Origin: a virus
Taxonomy: Duplodnaviria > Caudoviricetes
IMG/VR virus record: IMGVR_UViG_3300032285_003819
Span: 1 to 52,665 of that record
DNA length: 52,665 nucleotides
Direction: 5' to 3' (one strand)
A program made the position numbers and the translations under genes. Under the pieces are notes generated by a model that worked only from the letters and a program-made list of their open reading frames with translations, had not been told where the DNA came from and did not search any database. Each line of letters begins with the position of its first letter. Position 1 is the first letter of the stretch. This document shows positions 36,959-46,551 of this stretch, piece by piece.

Positions 36959-38824
36959 TTAAGCTATGAATATCGGTTCGAAAGTATCCATAACGTCATC
37001 AACCTGAGCATTACTCATATCGAAGAATATTTTACAAAGCCAATTACCTAATACTAATGCAGAATAGCTATCTTTTCTAGGTTTATCTGGTCCAGATTTA
37101 CGTTTTAAATTAGCTGGAAGATCAAAATTTTGCATACCTTGTGCCGAAGTTGTTATTTGTATAAGAGCGCACTCTGTTTTTGTAAGCAAAATCATATCTG
37201 ATAAATGTTCAACAAAGTCAATCATCTTAGCTTCTTCATTTTCTTTTTCAGTATCTAAAGCATTAGAAAATTTAAGATCTGTAATACCAATATGCTTCTT
37301 AGTTTGATTTCTAAAATTATCATCTATAGCTCTACTAGCAAAATAAGTTCGACGATGATCAAAATTAGCTTGCAACATTTCATTTGCCACTCTTATCCAA
37401 CCAGAAGTTGGTTTTCTTAAGAAGACGTATTTGAAATCTGATCTGTTATACTCACTTTTTGCAGAATAAAGGTTCTGCGTATATTCTTCAGGTCGTTCGA
37501 ACTCAGTTGTTATTGGCTTGAGATTTATTTTAGCATCTTTAAACAACTCACTCTCGTTACAAGAATTCATAAATTGAACGCCACCGTTATAGTCCATACA
37601 AATGCCAACTACATTAAAGTTTTGTATTAAATATAAAAAGTATTTAATATGATCTTTTAATGAAGATCCAGAAAGAGCATAAGAATGAACTAAAGTATTC
37701 ATTTGTTTTTCTCTATTTATTTTTAATACTTGAATTGCAAAATCGTCAGAAGATTCTGTTTCTGACCATGAAGGATCAACAGCTAATATATATTCATCTT
37801 CTGGATAACCAACAACTTCTACAGAAGGAAGCTCACCATCAGGAACCGTACATAAAGCCATTTTAGATATTTTAAAATATCCTGAACTATCATCACTAAA
37901 TTGTGCGCCAAACTCTCGCAAAAACTGAGACTCGCTCATCGTAGCTTTAGCTTGATTGATTAAGTTTTGATCGTATAGCTGAACTGGAGCGCAATCATAA
38001 GAAAACTGCATAATACAACGTTTTGTTTTTTCATTATTTTTAGGATTGAATATTAAGTTATCATATTGTTCGTATAGCTTATATAAATATTCAAATTTAA
38101 AAGATGCAGATGATAATGCAATTAATTTATTATTAGGCCAGATATATCTGTCATTCTCAGTCATCTCTCCTTTAGCAATCAATTGTGATTCTAGATTATA
38201 TAATTCTTCTCTCTGAGTTGGGTTTTGAACTACAGACAAAAATGGTACAATGACTTCATTATAAATGCGTTCAGGCATCAATAAAAACTCGTCAATAATA
38301 ATACGATGAAAACGAAATCCGCGCAGCTTTTCACCATCACCTAATGGCAAAGCGCGAATACGGCTCTTACCAATCTCCATTACCCATTCATCATTAGATT
38401 TGGATATTTTTGTAATGCATTGTTTTAAAAGATAGGCTTCTGGTTTGGCAGCAATATCTTCTATCTTTTTGAAGATCATTTTTGACTGACGAAATGAGCG
38501 TGACAATATACCAGTCTCAACTCCCTGATTTAATATCGCATCAAGCACAGCATAAATACCAGTAGTATAAGATTTACTCATACCACGCGACCACACTCCT
38601 AGAAAATAGTCACTTTCCAACATGCCTTTAATAGCCATATGTTGAAATGGAAATAATTTAACTCCTGTTATTAGATCCGTAGCAAAAGTTGTATTGTTTC
38701 GAAGAAATTGATAAAACAATAACTTCGCTTCACGCTCTTCTAAATAACCAGGAATCTTAGCTAATTCCTCATTGGAAATGAGCTGCGATTTCCTTGGTAC
38801 TTGGTTGCCTGTTTCCCAACTCAT
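36959..38824 (-). CDS. terL: Terminase large subunit
   Basis: LFPFQ, Walker A-like SRGMSKS, SFRQSK, LRGFR, Walker B IIIDE, FLREFGAQF, nuclease AVDP...SDDFA, KDSYSA. Confidence 0.92.
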   Translation of the reverse strand: MSWETGNQVPRKSQLISNEELAKIPGYLEEREAKLLFYQFLRNNTTFATDLITGVKLFPFQHMAIKGMLESDYFLGVWSRGMSKSYTTGIYAVLDAILNQGVETGILSRSFRQSKMIFKKIEDIAAKPEAYLLKQCITKISKSNDEWVMEIGKSRIRALPLGDGEKLRGFRFHRIIIDEFLLMPERIYNEVIVPFLSVVQNPTQREELYNLESQLIAKGEMTENDRYIWPNNKLIALSSASFKFEYLYKLYEQYDNLIFNPKNNEKTKRCIMQFSYDCAPVQLYDQNLINQAKATMSESQFLREFGAQFSDDSSGYFKISKMALCTVPDGELPSVEVVGYPEDEYILAVDPSWSETESSDDFAIQVLKINREKQMNTLVHSYALSGSSLKDHIKYFLYLIQNFNVVGICMDYNGGVQFMNSCNESELFKDAKINLKPITTEFERPEEYTQNLYSAKSEYNRSDFKYVFLRKPTSGWIRVANEMLQANFDHRRTYFASRAIDDNFRNQTKKHIGITDLKFSNALDTEKENEEAKMIDFVEHLSDMILLTKTECALIQITTSAQGMQNFDLPANLKRKSGPDKPRKDSYSALVLGNWLCKIFFDMSNAQVDDVMDTFEPIFIA

Positions 38825-39728
38825 TGTCTAAAAAGTATTGTATGTCTACCTGCCATAGTGACTTACCATGATATAATAATTTAGGTATAATATCTAAAGA
38901 TTTATTTCTACTGCCTGTAAATATAAACTGTATATGTCTAGGATATTTATGACATAAATTACGCATGTTATGAAAAACATATTCCAGATTTGTTTTTCTA
39001 TTGTATTTCTTTTGATTGAAAAGAATAGTGTTAATACTACTTTCTACAACCACAAATAAATAACAGTTAAGCTCCACAGCCTTGATCAACTCTCTTTCAA
39101 ACCTTTCAACACCAGAAGCCATAGTCCCTAAAAAGTCTGATTCACTTTTTCTATCTACAAAAGTATTAGTAAAATACTTTTTATCAGCTATTAAATAATC
39201 GCCAACAAATATCTTCTCTACTTTAGACTTAGGGAATTCTAAAGGATCTTGCTCTCTCGTATCTACAAGAATTGGCAAATGCGAAACATCTGTACTTTTA
39301 AAAAGTTCTGGCAAATTTTTATTATATAAAGGCTCAATGTTTAATAATTTACAAGCTGATGTATAAGAATTAAAATGTTTCTTATAAATATTTAAACTAG
39401 GCATATCTAAAGTTATCAACTCATTGTGAAATGGCGCAAAATGATAATGTTTTTCATCTATCCTCTTTTTCAATATTTCAATACATTTAGTTTTAACTTT
39501 TTCTTCGTTTTCTGACTTTTCCCATTTCAGAAATTCAGAATAGTCAATAAATTCGGTTTCAAAATATTGTTTTTTATTCTTAAATGGAATTTGCTGTCTG
39601 TAATATAGAGACAACCTAGGATAATGCTTGCAATAATACTCAGCTTGATAAAGATTATGCTTTTTCAAATGAGCATGAAAAGATTTATCATTTGTGAAAG
39701 ACTCGCTACAGATTTTACACTGAATCAT
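38769..39728 (-). CDS. C2H2 zinc finger plus ERCC4 (XPF/Mus81-type) nuclease domain protein
   Basis: CKICSESF...HAHLKKH; ILVDTREQ, VGDY, VDRKSESDF, RFEREL. Confidence 0.85.
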   Translation of the reverse strand: MIQCKICSESFTNDKSFHAHLKKHNLYQAEYYCKHYPRLSLYYRQQIPFKNKKQYFETEFIDYSEFLKWEKSENEEKVKTKCIEILKKRIDEKHYHFAPFHNELITLDMPSLNIYKKHFNSYTSACKLLNIEPLYNKNLPELFKSTDVSHLPILVDTREQDPLEFPKSKVEKIFVGDYLIADKKYFTNTFVDRKSESDFLGTMASGVERFERELIKAVELNCYLFVVVESSINTILFNQKKYNRKTNLEYVFHNMRNLCHKYPRHIQFIFTGSRNKSLDIIPKLLYHGKSLWQVDIQYFLDNELGNRQPSTKEIAAHFQ

Positions 39729-40795
39729 ATAGCATCTTCTTTGGAAATGCCTAAAATTCTAGCTTTCCATGCAGACATATTTTCCAAACGATCAGCTTCT
39801 TCTTTGATTGTGCGTTTTTGCATATCAGCAATTTGAATCATCATTTTACGCTCTTGCTCATCTTGAAAAAGTTCTACAAGATTAAGAATAGAAGCATTCT
39901 TTTGATGAGTTTGTTCTACTCTCTTAGAGCGTTCACCATTTAGTTTTTGAATGCTCTTATCTATTCTACCAGCACATTGATTATACTCTTCTGAAATTGT
40001 TTTAAGAACCTCAGTCAAACGCATTGTAAAATCTTTTTGATCTTGAGTTTCATTAAACATGTCGTTAATTTTATTTTTCTTAATATCTATTTGACGCAAA
40101 TTGATATAATCCATGCACACATTTATGTATAAATTTATTTCATCAACTGTCAGATCAGGTTTATCCCATACAGAACGAACGAACTCAGCTTCAAACAATT
40201 CCTTATCTGTAGAACTATTATAAGAATCGTAATTACCAACAAATCGCGGACTAGACAAATAAGTAAGCAATTTTTCCATACATTTTCTATGTTGCAAAGA
40301 CAACTTTTCTTCTGAAATATTTTGACCAGCCCATTTATTAACTTTATTTATGACCGTCTTTATAGAACGTGGAACAGAATATTTATCTCCAACTCCTGAT
40401 TCGTTATCCACAAGATAATCAGGATACTTTTCTTTTATATATTTTTGAACTGCCCTATATTCAGCAGTTATAAATATATTTATATTTTCTAATCCAACAA
40501 ACTTTTCATGAAATATCAATTCTGTTACTTGACGAGGAGTAATTCCTGTCTTGATATTTTGGTCTATAAACTCACAATTTTCTTTTGATAAGATTTCAAC
40601 TGTTTGTGTTGGCTTTGATTTTTCTTGTTTCTTTGCGAAACCAGTTGTTATTAAAAAGTCTCTTACGGCTTTAGCTTCTTTTGATCTACCTGTTAGATCT
40701 TCTCTATTAAAAACAAGATTAGCCAGCACAACGTAATCTTGCGTTCCTTCGTTTATTTTTCTTAGTATAAACGCTTTATTTTCGTCAGTTAACAT
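39725..40795 (-). CDS. Hypothetical protein, possible terminase small subunit
   Basis: 356 aa, helical/coiled-coil, two genes upstream of terL; position only. Confidence 0.3.
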   Translation of the reverse strand: MLTDENKAFILRKINEGTQDYVVLANLVFNREDLTGRSKEAKAVRDFLITTGFAKKQEKSKPTQTVEILSKENCEFIDQNIKTGITPRQVTELIFHEKFVGLENINIFITAEYRAVQKYIKEKYPDYLVDNESGVGDKYSVPRSIKTVINKVNKWAGQNISEEKLSLQHRKCMEKLLTYLSSPRFVGNYDSYNSSTDKELFEAEFVRSVWDKPDLTVDEINLYINVCMDYINLRQIDIKKNKINDMFNETQDQKDFTMRLTEVLKTISEEYNQCAGRIDKSIQKLNGERSKRVEQTHQKNASILNLVELFQDEQERKMMIQIADMQKRTIKEEADRLENMSAWKARILGISKEDAI

Positions 40796-40796
40796 A

Positions 40797-41513
40797 TTAA
40801 GAAGAGAATATATCGTTTTCTTTCAGTAGCGCTTGAGCTTTTATATACAACATTTTCTTTAAATTTTTTATTTGCTTGTAGCCAGCTTTTCTACCTTTTT
40901 CATTTGTTTTAAATTTTAGAATTTTAGCAACTTGATCATCTGTTAAATTATCTATAAAAAACATTTTATAAACAAAGTAATGTTTATCGCTTAAATGATT
41001 TTTCATCAAGTCGTGTAACTTATTTTCTGCATTTTTATAGTCATAACTAGCGGCAGATTCGCAATTCATAAAATAATTCTTATGATTTTCCAAACTTACA
41101 GTTATCTTAACATCGTAAGCAGACTTTTTTATCTTTTCCCATTTCGCATATAATGGACACTCATTACATTGCTTACTGCTTGGAGTAAAACCACAAGACA
41201 TCTCAGACCCAGAATCGCCTTCTTTATTTTGATTGAATGGACAAGACAAACAAGGACGCGCAAAACTTGTATAATTATTACGAATAATATTTCTGATCTG
41301 ATTCGTGACTATACGGTTCACCCAAGGCTCAATAGCTCGCGATTGATCCCATAGATGCCATTTTTTATAGATATGGAGCTTTATTATTTGCTCTATGTCT
41401 TCAAAATCAAACCAAGTAATCGCTTTTAACTTCCATTTATTTTTACGCTTTTTGATTACTTGGTCGATTGTTTCATACATTTCTTCAAACTTTTTCTTTT
41501 TACGATTCATCAA
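40797..41513 (-). CDS. ECF-like RNA polymerase sigma factor with a Cys-rich insert
   Basis: Region 2-like DFEDIEQIIKLHIYKKWHLWDQSRAIEPWVNRIVTNQIRNIIR; region 4 HTH-like LSDKHYFVYKMFFIDNLTDDQVAKIL; insert CLSC...C...CNEC. Confidence 0.8.
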   Translation of the reverse strand: MMNRKKKKFEEMYETIDQVIKKRKNKWKLKAITWFDFEDIEQIIKLHIYKKWHLWDQSRAIEPWVNRIVTNQIRNIIRNNYTSFARPCLSCPFNQNKEGDSGSEMSCGFTPSSKQCNECPLYAKWEKIKKSAYDVKITVSLENHKNYFMNCESAASYDYKNAENKLHDLMKNHLSDKHYFVYKMFFIDNLTDDQVAKILKFKTNEKGRKAGYKQIKNLKKMLYIKAQALLKENDIFSS

Positions 41514-41904
41514 TATCTTGTAGTTGTCTAGAACTACATTCTTTAAGAGACTGCGCTAAAAGTTCTTCTTTAGTGAGTTTTTTGTAATTACTGCTTAACC
41601 TAGAAATCGATCTTTCGTTTGGATCTATTGGAGCGGAATTAAATAAATCTTTTGCAGAATGTTTGTTTCCTGCTGGCTTTTCAATTTCATAAGATAGTCT
41701 GCTTGGCTTCACAAATGTAGTTGGAATTCCATCTTCATCTACATCTCTAGCTTGTGGACGAGAAATATTTCTAGGTTGAACTGTTTGTTGCAATGCGGGT
41801 TTTGCAATATTGGAAAATCCACCAAGCGAATTTCCACAATTTGTACAAAATTTCGATCCTAAAATATGTTTACTACCACAATTTGAACAGTAAATGTTAC
41901 TCAT
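41500..41904 (-). CDS. Zinc-ribbon protein
   Basis: YCSNCG...KFCTNCG at the N-terminus; low-complexity C-terminus. Confidence 0.75.
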   Translation of the reverse strand: MSNIYCSNCGSKHILGSKFCTNCGNSLGGFSNIAKPALQQTVQPRNISRPQARDVDEDGIPTTFVKPSRLSYEIEKPAGNKHSAKDLFNSAPIDPNERSISRLSSNYKKLTKEELLAQSLKECSSRQLQDIDES

Positions 41905-41916
41905 ACACTTATTATA

Positions 41917-42666
41917 TTAGTGGATGTTTGTTTTATCTAATTTCTTAAATACGCTTACAATATATTTTAGAATTTCACTACGCATAATGTCTTCTTCATC
42001 GAATTGAAAGCAATAAATTCCGCGATCTTCACTTTCTTTATTATTAAAAAGATCATAAACCCTCATGAAACCAGACTTATTGCCAATGTCTGATTGCATC
42101 GCATCTCCGCAAATAAACATTTTTGTATTTTCGCCAATACGAGTAAGAAGAGTAATTAGTTCTTTACTACTGTAATTCTGCGATTCGTCTGCGATAATAA
42201 TCTTATCATTCCAAGTCGCTCCTCTTAAGAAATTAATTGGTAAAGCTTCTATGAATCCATTTGTTTCTAGATATTTAGATTGAGACATTGGAAGAAGCTC
42301 ATCTAATTTATCATACAACGGCATCATGAATGGGTTAAATTTCTCATCTACTGTTCCAGGTAACGAACCTAACGCTCTTTCACCTGATTCAGCGATAGTT
42401 CGTATATATTTCAACTCTGACTTAGGATTCATATTCAAAATATGAAGCGCACAGTATACAGCTAAAAATGTTTTAGAAGAACCAGCAGGGCCATTAATAA
42501 AAATAATCTTTGTATTCTTATCAAAAGCTATTTGAGCGAAACTTTTTTGTTTGTCTGTTAAATTGAAGTTTCTAATATTTAACTTGACTGATCTAAAATG
42601 ATTGTCGGCGATAATTTCATTTAGATCTTCCTTTTCTTTTTGAATTTTCTTTTTTTTGGTTGACAT
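41917..42666 (-). CDS. phoH: PhoH-family ATPase
   Basis: GPAGSSKT, LGSLPG, FLRGAT, IIADESQN, LLTRIGEN, CGDAMQSD, DIMRS. Confidence 0.93.
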   Translation of the reverse strand: MSTKKKKIQKEKEDLNEIIADNHFRSVKLNIRNFNLTDKQKSFAQIAFDKNTKIIFINGPAGSSKTFLAVYCALHILNMNPKSELKYIRTIAESGERALGSLPGTVDEKFNPFMMPLYDKLDELLPMSQSKYLETNGFIEALPINFLRGATWNDKIIIADESQNYSSKELITLLTRIGENTKMFICGDAMQSDIGNKSGFMRVYDLFNNKESEDRGIYCFQFDEEDIMRSEILKYIVSVFKKLDKTNIH

Positions 42667-42679
42667 GTTGTTTAAGAGT

Positions 42680-42685
42680 TTACAC
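42680..42685 (-). promoter_or_regulatory. GTGTAA late-promoter-like box
   Basis: 13 nt before the phoH ATG at 42666, in a divergent intergenic gap. Confidence 0.6.
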
Positions 42686-42693
42686 TATATTAT

Positions 42694-43740
42694 ATGGTAT
42701 TTCACTGTTTAAGTGTTCCTTATTCTCCTACTAAAAAAGATATATCATTATGCGCTTTTGTGCAAAAAGTTTATAAATTTTGCAACGAAATGACTAAACG
42801 CGGCCACATTGTTTACCATTACGGCCATGAAGATTCTATCGTTAATTGCACAGAACATATTAATGTTATTAATAATGATATATTAAAAGAGAGTTATGGC
42901 AACTTAAATGATTGGAAAGAAAAAGGATTTAATCAGAATGTAGACACTAAAGCCGTTAATATATTTAATAATAATTGTATTTTTGAATTAACAAAAAGAA
43001 TAAAATCTAAAAATGAATTTATACTATGCTGGTTTGGATTCGCTCATGAACCATGTGTTAAATATTTTTATAATAAAGCTATAGTTGTGGAGCCTAGTAT
43101 AGGTTATGATAGTATGTTTGCACCAATTAAAATATTTGAAACGCATAGTCAAATGCATAAAATGCATGGCAACTCATGCACAACTATAGGATTAGGATCT
43201 GAATTTGTTGTGCATCCAGGTTTTGATCCTAATGATTTTTTATATAAAAAACAAAAATCAAATATAGCTTTATTTCTCGGTAGAATAACCGAACAAAAAG
43301 GTGCTAAATTAGCTTATGATATTTGCAACCACACTCAACAAGATATTATTTTTGCAGGACCAAACATACTAGGTTTAAAAGATACTAAACATTGCAAATT
43401 TATTGGTTATGTCGATCCAATTAAAAGAATGTATTTACTAAGCGAAGCTAAATTTTTATTTGCACCATCTTTATTTATAGAACCTTGCAATTGGACAGTT
43501 ATTGAATCTCAATTTTCAGGAACACCAACTATAACAACAAATTTCGGAGGATTTACCGAAACTATATTGCAAGGAGAAACTGGATTAAGATGTTCAAGCG
43601 TAAATGATATGATTTACTCTGTTCAAAATATAGATAAATTAATTAACCCTGAAAATTGCTATAAAAACGCAATTTCAAAATTCACATTACAGAAACAATG
43701 CGATTATTATGATTATTTATTTAAATCATTAATGCATTGA
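42694..43740 (+). CDS. GT4-family glycosyltransferase
   Basis: LFLGRITEQKG, FAPSLFIEP, ESQFSGTPTITTNFGGFTETI...GETG. Confidence 0.88.
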   Translation: MVFHCLSVPYSPTKKDISLCAFVQKVYKFCNEMTKRGHIVYHYGHEDSIVNCTEHINVINNDILKESYGNLNDWKEKGFNQNVDTKAVNIFNNNCIFELTKRIKSKNEFILCWFGFAHEPCVKYFYNKAIVVEPSIGYDSMFAPIKIFETHSQMHKMHGNSCTTIGLGSEFVVHPGFDPNDFLYKKQKSNIALFLGRITEQKGAKLAYDICNHTQQDIIFAGPNILGLKDTKHCKFIGYVDPIKRMYLLSEAKFLFAPSLFIEPCNWTVIESQFSGTPTITTNFGGFTETILQGETGLRCSSVNDMIYSVQNIDKLINPENCYKNAISKFTLQKQCDYYDYLFKSLMH

Positions 43741-44564
43741 TCTATTTTTTCTCTAACATTTTCAAAAGATATCGTTTTACTACATTCAAAATCTTTATTT
43801 CTTGGACAATAAATCCAATTGCTTAAAATTCCTTTGACATTATCAACAGCACTATCATTAAGACATCCATGACAAACATTTTTATTTATCACTCTATAAC
43901 AATTATTAGCAAATTCGTTATCCTCATTAGTACATCCAGAAATCAATATAACTTTTTTATTTAAAGCCCATGCTAACCATGATAATCCACTGCTTATTCC
44001 AATAAAAAAACTACAATTTTTTATTTGTTGAACTCTATAATCAATAGGATAATCACCTGTTTCGTTAATAGCGTCTTCTGGGATTTTATTGAATTTTTCT
44101 TTAATTCCAAATTCCTGATATTTATCTATGACATAAACGTCATAATTCAATTTTTTTAAATAACGAACAACTTTTTGCCATCCAACAGGATTATTCCAAT
44201 ACTTCATTTGAGAAGTTGAATGAACACTTATGCAAACATATTTCTTTTTTTTATTAAAACTGTGTCTGCTTGTTGTATTAATTAATGGAATAAGTTCTTG
44301 ATAGTCCAAGCCTAATGCGTCACAAGCTATTTTTTGCATAGGCCCTTCTCTAAATATAAAACACACATCTTTGACTATATCGAAAATATCTTCATAATTA
44401 ACATCGACAAAAAAAACATTTGTATTATCTGAATAAAATAAGAAATGCCACTTTGTCTTCACATAAACTTGTCCTCCATATTTTTTTTGATAAGCGTCGG
44501 CATAAATAGAGAAAGCTATATTATCACCTAAGCTATGAGTTATAAAATTAATTAATGTTTTCAT
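43713..44564 (-). CDS. Aah/TibC-like (autotransporter) O-heptosyltransferase
   Basis: SLGDNIA, YVCISVHSTSQMKYWNNPVGW, FFIGISSGLSWLAWA, VILISG, and iron-finger-like VCHGC...CP...FECSKTI. Confidence 0.85.
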   Translation of the reverse strand: MKTLINFITHSLGDNIAFSIYADAYQKKYGGQVYVKTKWHFLFYSDNTNVFFVDVNYEDIFDIVKDVCFIFREGPMQKIACDALGLDYQELIPLINTTSRHSFNKKKKYVCISVHSTSQMKYWNNPVGWQKVVRYLKKLNYDVYVIDKYQEFGIKEKFNKIPEDAINETGDYPIDYRVQQIKNCSFFIGISSGLSWLAWALNKKVILISGCTNEDNEFANNCYRVINKNVCHGCLNDSAVDNVKGILSNWIYCPRNKDFECSKTISFENVREKIDQCINDLNK

Positions 44565-46551
44565 TTTTTAAATCGCTTATGCAATGATCTATCTTCTCTT
44601 TCACCATTTCAAATGTTATTTCTCTGCTACATTCAAAATTTTTATTTTCAGGACACCAAGACCAATTACTATATTCAAATTTATATTTTTTGTTATTAAA
44701 ACAGCTGTTACAAACATTCATGTTTTGCACACAGTAAGGAGTAAAAAATTCAAAATTTTGAGCTACTGAATTATTTATACGCACAACTTTTTTACCCAAT
44801 CCCCACGCTAACCAAGAAAGACCAGAGCTTAAACCAATAAAAAATTCACAATTATCAATTATGTTAATTATCTCATCAAATGAGTCATTACCAGCAAAAT
44901 AATCAACATTATCTGGACATTTGTTAATATAAGGAGTTCTACCAAAACTATAATATTTATCAACACAAATTACTTTGTAACCTAAATTTTTCAAATAATC
45001 AACTATTGTTGTCCATCCTTCTGCATTATTCCAATATTTAAATTGACCAGTAGTTTGAACAGCTATGCAAACATATTTCTCACAATCAAATTTTTTTTGT
45101 TGATTAAAGTTTTTAATTTTACAAGGCTCCTCTTCATAAGTTAAACCTAAAATCAAGCAAGCTATTTCTTGTAAATTTTTACTTATCCAATCCATATTAT
45201 CGAAACAACCTATTTTAAAATGAATATTTTCATTGCACATCTGTTTCTGAGTGTAATCAAAGAAATTTAATTCAGGATAAGTTTGCTGTAATATATTTTT
45301 ATATGGAGTAAAATAATTAACTTTTATATTTTTTTCTCTAGCATATCTAGCAACAATCGGAGTCCATGCAATAAAATCGCCAAGACTATTTGATTCATTG
45401 GTTATATTAATCGTTTTTTTTTCTGACTTGTTTTTTAAATGATCGATTGCTATTTTTGCAGCTTTTTCCCATGTGAAATTTTTTCTTATAAAATCGCTAT
45501 CTTTTAATGCTTTTTGTTTATAAAATTCATAGCTATTATAAACTTCAAGCATCTTCTTTTTTAAATCATTATAATCTGGATTATAATATCCAAACATAGT
45601 ATCATTTTTATCTAAGATTTCTCCATGAACTTTTACGGCTATTCCTAATCCTTTTGCAAATTCTAATTGACCAGAACAATTTGAATATATTGATGGTATT
45701 CCACAAGCTAAAGATTCAATAAGAGGAAGATTCCAACCTTCTGATCTAGCGCATGATAAAAAAACACTACTACTTTTTATCATTTTTATCAATTCGCATC
45801 TCTCTTGAAAATCAATTATTTTTATATTTTCGCAAGTAATATTCATTTCTTCAAGTCTTTGTTTTGTAGATTTATGACTGTCATCTGGAAAATTATTAGA
45901 ACACGAAAGTAATAATTGGACATTACTATTGTTTCCAAATAATTCAACAAAAGCTTGCACTATTTCTTTTGTGCTTTTTCTTCTTTCCCATTTTCCTAGT
46001 ACTAAAAAAGTAAATTTATCATTATTTTTCAAATCTTCTGGGAAAAGTTCATTTGGATCTATTCCTTCTGGTACGATTCTTATTTTTTCACGCGAGAATC
46101 CTTGCCTTATTAAACAATCATATTGCCAATGAGTAGGAACCCAAACTTGATCAGCAAAATTTAATTTTTCAAAAAAAGAATTGGGGTATGTGGTTTTTTC
46201 CCAAACATTATAAAATATTTTTTTACCAGAATAATTATCATTATAATATTGATGAAAACAATCAACCAAAACTATATCAAATTCATGATCAAAATTATTA
46301 AGACCATTATAAATAGGCACATCGAACTGCCCATTTTCAAAAGAGCATGTTTGTAAAGCTAATATTTTTTTATCCAATTTATCTACAGAATCCCCATGAA
46401 CCTCTTTTGAATTAACCCCTTTCCAGTTTGAATCTACAGAATAATTTCTAATTTTGACATCCGATTCTTTAGATAAAGCTCTAAAAAAATTTCTAGAATG
46501 AATTGCGTATCCAGTCCTACCAATATAACAACAATGACCTAAAATTTTCAT
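44548..46551 (-). CDS. GT4 domain fused to an Aah/TibC-like heptosyltransferase domain
   Basis: N-terminal TGYAIHSR, GKWERRK, RSEGWNLPLIESLACG; C-terminal SLGDFIAW, YVCIAVQTTGQFKYWNN..GW, FIGLSSGLSWLAW, VCNSC...CP...FECSREI. Confidence 0.85.
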   Translation of the reverse strand: MKILGHCCYIGRTGYAIHSRNFFRALSKESDVKIRNYSVDSNWKGVNSKEVHGDSVDKLDKKILALQTCSFENGQFDVPIYNGLNNFDHEFDIVLVDCFHQYYNDNYSGKKIFYNVWEKTTYPNSFFEKLNFADQVWVPTHWQYDCLIRQGFSREKIRIVPEGIDPNELFPEDLKNNDKFTFLVLGKWERRKSTKEIVQAFVELFGNNSNVQLLLSCSNNFPDDSHKSTKQRLEEMNITCENIKIIDFQERCELIKMIKSSSVFLSCARSEGWNLPLIESLACGIPSIYSNCSGQLEFAKGLGIAVKVHGEILDKNDTMFGYYNPDYNDLKKKMLEVYNSYEFYKQKALKDSDFIRKNFTWEKAAKIAIDHLKNKSEKKTINITNESNSLGDFIAWTPIVARYAREKNIKVNYFTPYKNILQQTYPELNFFDYTQKQMCNENIHFKIGCFDNMDWISKNLQEIACLILGLTYEEEPCKIKNFNQQKKFDCEKYVCIAVQTTGQFKYWNNAEGWTTIVDYLKNLGYKVICVDKYYSFGRTPYINKCPDNVDYFAGNDSFDEIINIIDNCEFFIGLSSGLSWLAWGLGKKVVRINNSVAQNFEFFTPYCVQNMNVCNSCFNNKKYKFEYSNWSWCPENKNFECSREITFEMVKEKIDHCISDLKNENIN

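Noticed and set aside
36959-38824. Intein or intron in terL
   Set aside because: Normal length, continuous motifs, no splicing signatures.
17156-39720. Additional GTGTAA hexamers at 17156-17161, 28582-28587 and 39715-39720
   Set aside because: They lie just inside coding starts rather than upstream, so they are treated as background.
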